Below the pieces are notes generated by a model. The model ran no database searches, was not told the DNA's origin, and was given only the letters and a program-made list of their open reading frames with translations. 64,000 nt of DNA, taken from positions 1 through 64,000 of the forward strand of contig JBNJNM010000016.1 of assembly GCA_052426225.1 (NCBI GenBank). The letters run 5' to 3'. Of the stretch, positions 56,301 to 64,000 are shown one piece after another; the stretch's first letter is position 1; each line of letters begins with the position of its first letter. A program made the position numbers and the translations under genes. The DNA comes from Zancudomyces culisetae HAW-14-8. Its lineage: Eukaryota; Fungi; Kickxellomycota.

Positions 56301-56463
56301 TAGTAACTAAGTCGAGCTGAACAATTTTGGAGCTTTTATTCTCTGCTAATATTGCTGGGTCTATACTTGGTTCAAAACTTCCTGATGTGTGCTTTAAAGT
56401 TGCCTCATATTCCTGTGGAACGGATAGTGTACACAAATCTTTATACAGGTAGACTTTGCTCAT
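44356..56463 (-). CDS. Single-chain fungal type I fatty-acid-synthase homologue (AT-ER-DH-MPT-ACP-KR-KS-PPT), ~4035 aa, with degenerate AT and KS active sites
   Basis: ATG at 56463. ER GGRGGGHHS, DH DLNPIH..GTIVHG, MPT AGHSLGE, ACP GKSAMQNE, KR TGCGKNSIG..YAESK, PPT GIDIE..AKEA. KS reads PSTSYSNG and SMYSSS; AT reads GFGCG. Confidence 0.95.
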   Translation of the reverse strand: MSKVYLYKDLCTLSVPQEYEATLKHTSGSFEPSIDPAILAENKSSKIVQLDLVTKFIHHYINLHSIDKANIEPEQIGVLRFLLDVIDNEYLNNNDIHVAVSKVDDNSRKNILNSYFTCVDIIESATVKENIQPEKSDEHLSAIFELSIKKKLKLAGIFDGYISPDVSLQVLENLLGTYNSLLNDYVTTLSELVLGISSDEYKKGLAKFRINILDLLKKKECQTFEELGFQHSIAASMILSGLVSLSLYYLVCRVSKRSYSWVTRRFDSLAGFGCGTVVAVAISCSNDHNSFIHNSKNALGFLYYVGLHADIENSIHSSRDSVKSRTATNPSGMPTIQLEVMNIPIKSLNTIVNQVNKDLDPDERVCVSFIKSNSVCQLTGPDHILRLFVLKLKEFSKSHISNLKNKNCVNLTDEIKFEYIQNPNPLHSNLMRKHIDQIHRRIKTEGFLFQSKFMNIPVKSVCGSMYDTKDKDLTYILINEICIEQVNWVKATELKDITHIVDFGPGGISGIGSLTANNKLGTGVQVIFASPNKIIPEGTKTLVDLLNNDPNSVTYSQNWEKEFGPKIVQNKYTGSLMLDTRMTRLLGKPHIMVAGMTPSTIGSDFVSSVLNSGYHIELAGGGHYSEASLREEVEKIRRNIGPGDGITVNVIFLNARMASLQLPLLNRMRLEGAPIDGVCISAGVPSLETSTELIEGMIQCGIKHISFKPGNAESIRQVVLVAKNNPKMNIILQWTGGRGGGHHSSEDFHQPILETYAEIRMCENVVLVAGSGFGGDKDTLPYITGDWSMAYERPRMPFDGILLGSRMMVAKECPTSYKVKQLIVDTPGVPDIKWADTYNGPAGGIISVISELGQPIHMIASRAVMLWDELDKTIFSLPVEERKKILKQKKEYIIGRLNKDYQRPWFGRKENGDVCDLEEMTYSEVIFRMVDLMFDQKNDKWIHSSYTEIVADFLRKIEERFSYIPHEMILQSSAQLSQPTEIVNTILEMHPNASKTAISVIDSHFFLNICQEPGRKPVPFIPILDENLDSWFKKDSLWQSEYLDSVVGQDAQKVCILQGPVAVSYANVVDEPVSDILNGINQSHIRSLLDTMYEGDETRVPEIEYSVEIGVNTTKTLPGTIECVSMANKKTFKLLQDDTDRLPTSDEWYSVLCGGKQSWLSALLFSRSIVRGEDVTENNIRSTLAPIPKTTTTIHFDDSGYPTELCVENEHHFKSIKILYECKDKTITITMNDKPNANTYSVFFKFSYKPETPYALIHEIVNERNSRVSEFYKQLWVHHPEQYTMHVEETGERTVIQNSVIVSPKDVAKFCQVVDNTSHQYVYNNIEGYSYIPMDFVFSILWGAICTASHNCADANMLDIVHYSVKLESLCDYQLLKTSDNLSATARLLSVTNSPMGKMTTSEGILMKDGVPHYKVVTSSLFRGKFNDYQNTFSIKDETKAKISLNTEEDLKVLQSKEWLIAGENYDRLVQVGSVLVFNLVSSVRYKGIKEFSSVKTVGSVEVLSQNTLPVEVGCVDYESGHAYGNPVLAYLERNGEPFDEPQYFEDGGYSAIPKDLRHLAISHTRISNKEFALVTADLNPIHTNIFFANLSGLPGTIVHGMWTSAATRRVVETCAAEGHPERVAVYEVNFLDMVLPGDTLETKLTHVGMRNGRKIIKVETFTSIGNKVLEGVAEINPPKTAYLFTGQGSQVVNMGVDLYNGSEAVKEIWNSVDKYMDDLYGFSLLEIIRLNPSEKTIYFGGSRGKEIRTRYINMRYEITNKQGESEYISIFPEINERSESYTFRSPTGLLNATQFTQPSIMLFAMAASQDMLNNNLVHKDLVFAGHSLGEFCALLVMGGMVKVETMIELVFYRGLAMQLSVERNKEGASKYGMVAFNPSRIASKFMEMMFEKVVDMIKEKRPGLMEIVNYNIYNWQYVIAGELVLLDIFSQVTDVLFYQKEQLNGIFKKSHDTESEDIVDTEMMQEFSAFVEKTICQIIAKSDKKYNASNGYISLTRSKCTIPIPGIDVPFHSSFLLSGVPLMRQFLHKSITKENVVVEQLERRYIPNVTGKMFAVSKAYFEMVYSATHSPHLREVIDHWDESHLADRHEKQRLGHILLVELLSYQFASPVQWIETQNTIFGDCNIEQAIEVGPSSVLVGMATRTIHAKFKDQDDLEGIQRTILHCISDKESIYHANRQNESNEPQESNASLPISSKKLSTDKQSEAADTQTSTSRSSEQVTKPAETATPTATPTDLHYSPALENSSGDGNISQGVAAQIEDVKITAREIITSIVAQKLKKSYIDISDSKSIKDLVNGKSAMQNEIISDLQKEFQNQLPDKAEEMPLVELFGQLNNSSGGLGPFSSVRVSKLVNSKMPGGFTIPKIKEMLNKKYGLGPLRADCLLLLGTTFEPENRLANEKDMNSWLEIVANQYAKIFGIQYSQLSVSSSAGKSTTVINSKEFTSLVEKQDTLLNSHLESLNDYFGVSYSKSHEALEETTNKLGEVQAQIDYLLSEQGEVFIEGIKSIFEEEKVRVFDSYWNWSLARADSLFYRMVEMNSEKIKETLMDEFRHLVNCSSIQLVDFLKYKLQILKQENSLTHENKELAAKIELLRDLVNVCEANVELDPLYKGLEKFVGPRTTVNNKGEIQYTETPRAGVNSCVDYLKSMVKGIPNLASRTQDSDISSGLKVEEIVDLINSNSGGGEKTLDLNRISALLSELATRKKEAHTDQFDKTSQLEKDMREFDDFQQFSKQILIKDRIPFLHLRTRFSHEIWNYDPDSTSVYMAAILDISKHGISYSGKNVLVTGCGKNSIGLSLVKALLVSGANVIATTSNFKYDNIRMYEKVYKEHGSKKSSLTVVPFNQSSQTDINNLVDFIYKPKASGGLGLDLDLFIPFAAMSEINRDITCIDSYSELSHRTMLINIIRMVGRIVKNKNELNSVFRPTRVVVPLSLNHGGFGYDGLYAESKIGLETLFDKWRAESWGGIINIIGVVVGWARGTSLMNQNDIVAEEMEKQGGKTFSPDEIALNVMGLLHPRLSQVSNSGPMYVDISGGFGIMMDFNDRCVKIRNNLMFQSSLQKKIVAETSFDFNMIEGENVERLYKTTQAIPQSKLWLEFPKTKTYDELENLNYMKNMLDLDKTVVLVGYGEVTPYGTAETRWDFEVDENLSTESCIVLAWIMGYIEYFNGKQKDGRYYNGWIDCETKQPIEEKRIRSIYEMKIVQNSRIRNIDPELMRGYNPDERVTIQEIEIQEKMHPIITTQVEAEHFKLRNEDKVKIWSNGDETWSVQFLPGAKLYFPKATKIDSNTVGLLPKGWSAKRYGIDTDTINQVDYLTLLTLVSTCDSLMRAGIEDPYEFYKYVHLTEVGNSVGSFVGGVESFLETCLGRLRDEDVQKDILQETFPSSMSGWINLLLLSSAGPIKIPSTSYSNGLASVSIAVESIQMGKAKVMIAGGQDDVDEEMNLELFLNKELVTASKEQKAGRTVKDHFRPFTNTSDGFVESIGSSTMVLMSARTALEMGVPIYAIIAFCQTNTSSYATYREYVGYGVLSNSRECDPITNMPNPILDISYRKDQLEKRLLEIKKWATEEYSYITSTGFDEYFQTDNFGSNGLVSDRDLFLSSNTSQSKLDLITEVINSISNQENRLRKEAISFWTNEFWRSDKTISPIRGALSCFGLDINDIDVVSMYSSSISRMDHMELKIADIQFNYLGRTPGNICPVVSQKGLIGHTKSASSVIELTGLIQSINTGIIPGNRISDNISNDYKDYTFTFFPYESYKRPMVKAGILRSYGKSKDCGEMIVVHPDYLLASLDRHEYASYLKKRNQRQIKANRYYQNTLTGLKKHVKIKSDPPFSKEMEELVYMNPNARVSFDPVSETYSFNRFDQITEPESGSINDLIINNTVLALDKIIKNIDKKQICGIGIDIEPVSSLNVENENFITRNFTKKEIEYCKTQSSIASGFTMLWCAKEATIKAITSFNDQHGSNVELWSKGAAAPLIDIEIEDIASDDTYIAASVKFYNKLAELVERIGINTIELNIVFDCMQVVALSVAK

Positions 56464-59400
56464 TTTCGCTTTATTTTTTTTTTGCTTGGTCCTTGTCGAT
56501 AGTTGTGATTTTAGCGATAGAAACTTTTCCAGTTCTTTGTACAAAGTTATCGTGTGAATATCATATATTGCTTTTTTTGGTTTATAAATAAGATATCTTT
56601 ACTGAACAAGAAAAGGATAGATACATGAACGATTTAGACCTCTATATAATTTGCATATTTGATTCTATTTTCTAGTTATTCTAGATTACCATATTTCCGC
56701 ACATCATATTTATTGGAATTTACGCATAGTAATTAAATCTAAAATTAGAGCAAAATTCCATTAAATTCTGTGCACTGAAGGCTTAAAATTACCATTCACC
56801 AATTCCAATTGGAAGCTAGGTCGGGTTTTATATTTGATTCTCGAGTTAATTTGAGTTGCTAATCCCAGGTATTTTTTTTTGATTTCTAAAAAAAGAAATT
56901 GTCTGAATTTTAATAAAAAGTTAGAATACTCAGAGTTTATTTACAGAATTTATTCACCAATTGGCTTCCAGGCTTGATCAATTTAAAAACACCTGGAAGT
57001 TATTGGGCTTGACACGTTTTTTTCTTTTCTCAAAAATACCGAAACTATTCCCAAAAGCCACCAATGTTGTGCAAAGCTGAACAACAGGCAATAGAGTAAG
57101 AATCTAAGTTTTAGTGATTAGTCATAATGTGGTTAAGAAGGTAAAGTTGTGTATTGGCTATAAAATTAAACTGTAGCTGTGTATTTACATTTAGGCAGTA
57201 TCAGCGTGCTTCATAGGGTACAAGAACATAACATATGTAGATAAAGTAGTGCTAACACACTAGAAAAAGCTTTTAATTTCTTTGTTAGTAAATTATAATG
57301 GTCTAAATAACTTGAGAATAATGATAAATCTCATAAATATAAATCTATAGTTTACACCTATGTCGAAACTATTCATAGCAATTAAAGTTCAAATAATTTA
57401 TCTTGAGCCAGATAAAAATAGCTATTAGAATTTCAGTAGAAAAAAATTTCGATGTAAAAGTTATTAGTATGTGCTAGGAGAAGGTAAACCGAACTGGCTA
57501 TGTTCGAGATGATATCAATTTATAGGAGTCATATACAAAGCCTCTGCATTTTTAAATTAGCAATTCCTCATATTATAATAACATATATTATGAGAATTAA
57601 TGGCAAGTGGGTTTTATAGGAAATTTAATAAGAATACACTATAAAGATCGTTGAGTCATTGATATTACCCCTGGGCTTTATATCAAAAAGGTATAAAACA
57701 TTTAGGCTTAAATGAGGTTTTGGTTTCTGCATACAAATAAAAGCTAAGGCTTCATTCATTACCATACACTTTAAGTATAGATTCGCATATCAATTTTTTC
57801 AATTTTTTCCCGACACTCACATCTTCACCTGTTTAAGAGTTTGTACTTGTGCAAACGTTCTGGGTGTCCGGTACTCAACACCGACAAAACCAATAAAGAT
57901 GTTGGAAGTTGGTGTAAACGAAACAGCGGAAGCTGGTTGGGAATTTATGTGTTTCAAACGAACTTCTTATAAATACAGAGTTGATACAGCGGTAATACAT
58001 CAAATCGCTGTTGCAATTTGTCAAACATAAATTCAACTTCCTAGATGACGATAAGCTAGGTTTGGTTCAATCATGTATCGCACCAAAAACATCTGTTTAA
58101 AAAATTGTCAACTTTCTATGTAATATTTATTGTATTCCGAGAATACTATCGGACGTGACTAGGCAGGTCCCGTTCCTTATTCGGGTTTTTTATGGTTTGA
58201 AACCCCTGCTGAACTATACTTCCTAGTTGAGCCAATGGGTCACTGAAAGCTCAGGTTCAATATTCATTGAAGATGCACCTGAACGGTCACTGTCGGAAGA
58301 ATAGCGACCTTCATTCTTGAACTTTTGAATAATAGCTGAGCGGAGTTGAATCACAAGACCTGACAATTAGTTTTTAGTATTCTAGAACATTTTTTTTAGT
58401 TTTCAAAACTAGTCTTATAACTTATACTTATTGAATAAATATTGTTTCAAGCAAATTCCTTGCTGTTAAACCTTATTTATTTCCTTGATTACTTTATATT
58501 TTAAAGTTACTAAAAGAAATTATGAAACTTTTGTTGATTTCCTTGAACAGTAAATTATATATATTATTTACATAATTGCGCTAATATGAGTAATTGTTTA
58601 TTCTGCTTGTAATCATTTGATATCTTATTGCATTTTCTATATTCAGATTTGTACTCACAACATTTCATATATCTTAAGTTATAAATTCTTTTCCAGTTCT
58701 TGTTTCATTTTATATATATTTTTTGAACTTTTGATCCGAATATTTCCGTCATTATCTGTATTCGGAAATTTAACCCGTATTTTTTGTAATCAAGATAATA
58801 AATAAAACTAACTTTAATTTAACATTATTATATTTTCCATTGTAGTAAATTTATTTCGGTTGTAATTAGATTCGGTAGGTCTTAAAACCCGGTACAGTCT
58901 ACATTGGTTAGTTCAATACCCAGTTACCTTTTTGCAACATAAATGACATAACAAGCATTAAATAAAATTTTCTGAACTGTACAGGATGGGTTGCACCTTG
59001 GTTGTAGAATCTAGAACAAAAAACCTCGCAAATAATAACAAATAAATTAAAGATTGTATTAGGAGAGTAAATGAAGAAAAAAGCATAAATTTCCTGTGAC
59101 ATTTTTTGTACTTTGTGTTATTTTCTTTGTAGGTCTATTTTGCAAATTATAAAAATTGTAGTTGCACTATGATACTCTAACACTGTCACTAAATACAGCT
59201 ATACAAACACAGAAGTTCTAATGTTATAGTAATTTTTCATTTTCAAACAACAGTGACAAATATTGTGAATCATAAAATTTTTTTCTGAATGTATAAACTT
59301 GTTAATTGATCAATAACTCTTTTTTATATAGCTTAATCACCAGAAAATGAGTACCAAAAGCTACTATTTAGTCATAAATATTAATTCAAATTTAAGTAAC

Positions 59401-61311
59401 TATCAAAATTTTAATTATACTTTAGCACGATTATTGGTATTCTAATATAATCGAATAGTTAAATATAAAATACATCTAAGTTAGATAAGCAAGCATACTA
59501 TCAACGTATAATTGATTGTTAACTATTGTAATTACCAGTCTTGTTATAGTCCATTTATCCATCATTACAACTAAAATTAAAGGCAAATTGCTTTTTTGTA
59601 TCTATAATAGTTTAGGTTTAGCCTTTCTAAGGCTTTAATGTTTGAATTTTTACTTGTTTATTACCATATTACCTGGATATTTTTAGATACACAACGTTTT
59701 ACTTGAAATTATCAGGAATATCCATTTCAATCACTTTAGGTTCTGGATTAAATTAGAAAGTCGCTTTCTGTAAAAAAAAACCAGCAACTACTTATGTTGG
59801 GAAGGATAAAAAATATGAGAGCAATTTAGCCCTGCACGTTTGTATTCCGAGATTTTTTTGTGTCATTCACATTTTTTCCAATAATAGCTGATGGGTGGCA
59901 CAACTCTTTTTTTTGTTAAAATTTTCATAAAATACAGTTAATATATTTTGTTTCCAACGAGTTTAATAAGTAAATATCAAATAATATAATAATAATCTTA
60001 AATGATGCCTTATAGAAAACTCCGTTCCGTCCCTAAAGGGGCTCCACGTATATCAGACGTTGTTCAAAGGAATAAAATCTATGAACCAACGGAGTATGTT
60101 TTTTGTAAACACATGAATCTTAGATTTTACTACTTGTAGATTAGGTGATAGATAATTAAATTTTTTTTGAGACGCACAGTATGTAATAATCATATCCCTC
60201 TGACTTATTAGAAGAATGTGTTTATTAAGCTTTAAAATATTGGTTTTTTGGGAAAACTCTATTCTCGATATATCATATATTACGTAACGGGAAAGAAAAA
60301 TCAAATAAATTTATCCGTTTGTATTGCATTTAATATTATTTGCAAACTAGCTATTGTGGTAATAGACAGATTGTTGAAAAAGTTTAATTTATTATCGAGA
60401 AATTTGAAAAACTGTGTTCCTAAGATGACACATCACCTTGATAAGTCAGAGTTAAAATATTTATACCATTTGCTGCTATCTGTCATGAATATGACAAAAT
60501 AAGATTTCGAATTAGTATTATTACAATACTGATTCAAAACACTTTTTTAACTGAAACATTTCGTTGTTTAAATCATTTACTTTAGTAATGATACCAACAC
60601 AAAACGAAAGTTATAATTATAACATAAATTTTACAATAGTTAATTAAATATTAGTACATGTTTAGTTAAGTAATAATATATTGAATATATAAAGTAATAT
60701 TTTTCGCTTTGAAATTCTTAGCGATAAAATATTATCTTATCCTAAATAAAATACTTCAAGCAACAATAGTACCTAGTGTCAATCGTGACATGCCTTTTAT
60801 AATGATTCTGATATAGGTTGATATGAAAACACTATATCGGTGTACTCTGGTGCTATTTTACTTGGTTTTAGGATATTGCACTCAGTAAAATGAATATTCA
60901 TTGAATAGTGGATCTCACACTCAAATTGTAGAAAGTAATAAATCTAAATTAAATTACTGATATCAGAGAAACTCAACTTTAATATTTAATAAATTCGTAA
61001 TTATCTTGCCTAGATCTGAATTATTTTGTAGGCTACATAATTTTACTCGCGCTAGCGTCGTTTCACTAAAAATCAAACCTAAACTAAATTTTTTATTTCT
61101 TGCACTTTAATATGTATTCTATCTCTTCAATAAGCTGAAAAGTAGAGTATTTACACTACTTGTTTTTAAATTTAGGTATAGTATAACAATAAAAACATAC
61201 CTATATTCACTTGACGATGTAAAAATACACTAAACAAACAGAAGTAGAATTTGAAAGTGTAACATAATATGGTATTTTCGTTAATTAAATTTTATCTCTA
61301 GTCAAAAATAT

Positions 61312-61325
61312 CTAGAACATTCTAG
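61312..61325. promoter_or_regulatory. Heat-shock-element-like palindrome CTAGAACATTCTAG
   Basis: Matches CTnGAAnnTTCnAG; a related CTAGAACATTCCTG is at ~61627. Confidence 0.35.
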
Positions 61326-62499
61326 TTGCGTTGGTGTGTTAAATGGTTTGGTTGACCAAATTATAGTTAAGCTTGGCTAATACAAAACAGTTTTAGATAT
61401 TTAAAACATTCAATTTTAATCAGCGTTCACTAATAAAGCCCAATTTTTAGCATTCGTTTGAATTTGATCAAATCAAATACACTATTCGTAAGAGTATATT
61501 TATCGAACCCACTTGAAATGCACTAGAAGCCCTGTCCACTATAATTAATATTCAAACAAACTATAATTATACTCTTAAGAATATATAGTTTCAACTACAA
61601 TATTGTAAACGGAATTATTATTTTTACTAGAACATTCCTGTTTATCATTTTAACTCTAGAAATACTTTACAATAATATCAAGAGCTTATCCTTCTAGTCA
61701 GAAATTGGCGATATTCAAAAATTATACCAAGAGATATACGGATGCAAAATTTTAATAAATTACAAATCTAAAGATGATACCTTTGTGCTGCTCAACCTGT
61801 CTAGAAGTTTTCGTTATACTGTAACTAGATTATTTGATTTTCGTACATCTAGAATCTATTAGTTCATTATTTTATCAGACATGTCTAGCTGGTATTAATA
61901 TTGAAATAAACCAATAGACTATTTAGTTACCTAAAACTAAAATTATGGCTCAGATATGAAAAGTGATGGAATATTTGGGAATATCTATTCCAAACGCCCA
62001 ATTAAAATTTCAAAATATAAATTAAAACTTTGTTTCTAGACTACGACTTATCGCACTCTAGTAGAGATACTCTGCTGACACCGGAGGTGATAAGAAGTGT
62101 TTTACTATTCTTCCACTTTATTTCTAGATTTTTAATTTTTTATATTCCTTTTTCAATAGTCTATTTACTTTTTTCGCTAATAATTAATCTATATAATTTT
62201 AATTGTTAAGACAATATACCTAGAAGTTTGAACTTACAATATATTGTACGATCTATAATAATTTTGCCTAGTATTTGATCTACATTCTTTTGATCAGCAC
62301 ACCTGTTACAAATAAGGTATACTGTATAGAAAAGTCTACTAAAAGTATTATTTTACTAGAATTACAAATGTTTAGTTCTTTAAAATGTATAAATAGTGAT
62401 AGATAAAGTCCTAGTTTGAAACTCCAGCCTCAGCTAAAATAGATAAAACTAGACTAAAATAGCCACAAAGTTTATTACAGAAAAAGAAAATCTCTAAAA

Positions 62500-62952
62500 A
62501 TGCGCATTTTAAGTTATACATTGGTCATCCAGCTTCTTTCGGCTACTCAGAAACTCCTAGTATCAGGTCATTGCGGTTGCAATTCCATGTCTTCTTGACC
62601 AACCTTGCAAGCTACAATATATTCAGCAATTGATCATTCTGGAAGTGTAATAAACAATTTCCAGATGAGAAAGCATAAATGCCATAACATTAACCAGGGT
62701 GGCTCAGGAAGGTTTCTTAATCCCACTGATAAATCAGGAGGATTATTGATGTGCAGAGAAAGAAACTGTAGCGGTGTATGCACAGTAAACACCGATTTTA
62801 TAACGCAGGGTGTGTGGAATTTTTTTCAAGATCTCAAGTCTGGTCCACTTTCTATCAGATGGGTATCAACAGGAAAAGTCCCAAACGAATATACTTCTAG
62901 ATTGTTTTGCTTCACAATAGATTATTGCTTCAGAAAAAAGTTTAATAAGTAG
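62500..62952 (+). CDS. Small Cys-containing secreted protein with an in-frame TGA at 62596-62598 (intron, nonsense mutation or recoding)
   Basis: aaaaATG at 62500 is in frame with ORF 62605-62952. Signal-like MRILSYTLVIQLLSA. Mature region TIYS..G..C.N...C...NC.G.C loosely resembles small crystallin-like secreted fungal proteins. Confidence 0.55.
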
Positions 62953-63521
62953 GAATAATTAATTCTAGACTTCGTAAACTTGCTCTCTAATAAAGTGACG
63001 ATTAAGAGTTCACTCAAATGCAAAACATTCATAGATTAAAAAAGGCTGTTTAAAGGGTTAATTTTTGACAAGTGCCAATTTAACTGGTAAAGGTAGAATT
63101 TGTTTTATCTTTTCGAATGTTTAGCTTATTACCTCAAAGAGTCAGCTCGATATCGTAAAATCACACTTAAAGAAAATCATAAATAATATAAACATAAAAA
63201 AACTATAATTGTACTACAAGGAAAAGCATTTAAAACGAAAATTCGTTCAATGGGTTTTTTCCACTTTGAGAACTCATAAATCTCATCAATTTTTGGCTAT
63301 TCCAGGCAATAATTTGTAAAGTTAGCTTTTAATAAAGAGGAGATTTAATTTATGATAAAGTTTGTTGCTAACTATATTTGTTAATTTAATTTTAATTGTT
63401 TATTTTAGTAAAACCCTTTATTGGTTAAACGTCAAAACTAGGGGTTTATAAAAATGCATTAAAATCACTATAGGGTCAGGTACGATGAAAGAAAAAATAT
63501 CAACTATCTAGAAAAATCAAC

Positions 63522-63947
63522 CTAGTAGTAGTATCCAGAGTATCCACCGTAGTATGGATAGCTGTAACCGTAACCGTAACCGTAGCCATACGATGGATAT
63601 CCGTAGTATCCGCCATAGTATGGGTAGCCATAATGTCCATACCACCAACGGTCATCGGTTCCATTTCCTGCATCATCACCTTCTGCTGAAGGATCAACAG
63701 TTTGAGCAGAATCATCGTCAGCTGGTGCAACTTCCTCCTCCTCGTCAGCACGCTTGCGGTAGGCTGGTGCAGCGAAGCGGTTGTTAAAGGCAGGGCGAGA
63801 TGATGGAGCATACCTTTCAAAGTCCTGAACCTGTCCCATTGGTGGTTGCATAGGACCAACATTTGCTCTTGGTCTTGAGGCGGATGCAGCATTTACTGAT
63901 ACTGTGGCAACTGCGGCTGTGAAGAGTGCGAGTGTTGGCTTTACCAT
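63522..63947 (-). CDS. Secreted protein with acidic spacer and Gly/Tyr-rich C-terminus
   Basis: Signal MVKPTLALFTAAVATVSVNA, RKR site, tail WWYGHYGYPYYGGYYGYPSYGYGYGYGYSYPYYGGYSGYYY. Confidence 0.85.
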   Translation of the reverse strand: MVKPTLALFTAAVATVSVNAASASRPRANVGPMQPPMGQVQDFERYAPSSRPAFNNRFAAPAYRKRADEEEEVAPADDDSAQTVDPSAEGDDAGNGTDDRWWYGHYGYPYYGGYYGYPSYGYGYGYGYSYPYYGGYSGYYY

Positions 63948-64000
63948 TTTTGATATTTAGTTTAATATGAGCGTTATGTGTAGCTGATGCGCTAATGCAA

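Noticed and set aside
44660-56591. Many short ORFs antisense to or nested in the FAS gene (and likewise in the LINE and other genes)
   Set aside because: Shadow ORFs of long coding sequences with no independent features.
60018-60097. ACTCCGTT...AACGGAGT inverted repeat as a MITE
   Set aside because: Only 8 bp, no matching TSD on both sides, and single copy in the window.

Overview
Eukaryotic genomic DNA: AT-rich, with short GT-AG introns. Gene content (single-chain fungal FAS, S1A trypsin, Kv-type K+ channel, Ydj1, Utp6, Rcl1, Tom40) points to an early-diverging fungus. Zoopagomycota/Harpellales-like insect-gut fungi is my inference, not proven. The window opens with an apparently intact APE-RT non-LTR retrotransposon whose poly(A) tail ends about 130 nt upstream of an alcohol dehydrogenase. 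A housekeeping block follows: C2H2 protein, EH-domain protein, TOM40 overlapping a Kv channel tail-to-tail, eIF3i, ABC1 kinase, two tandem peroxisomal thiolases (the second chimeric and frameshifted), YDJ1, UTP6, BAP31, RCL1 and SEC9/SNAP25. Next come a predicted GPI-anchored trypsin and a 12.1-kb intronless fused fatty-acid-synthase gene. The main discovery candidate is that FAS. Its ketoacyl-synthase Cys and first His are both Tyr, and its acetyltransferase GHSQG reads GFGCG, while the ER, DH, MPT, ACP and KR motifs are intact. It is therefore a conserved condensation-dead megasynthase. The window ends in a ~6-kb gene-poor tract with a CTAG/HSE-like cluster, a small secreted-protein gene with an in-frame TGA, and a Gly/Tyr-rich secreted protein. 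Motif comparisons are by eye against remembered yeast consensus sequences; no searches were run.
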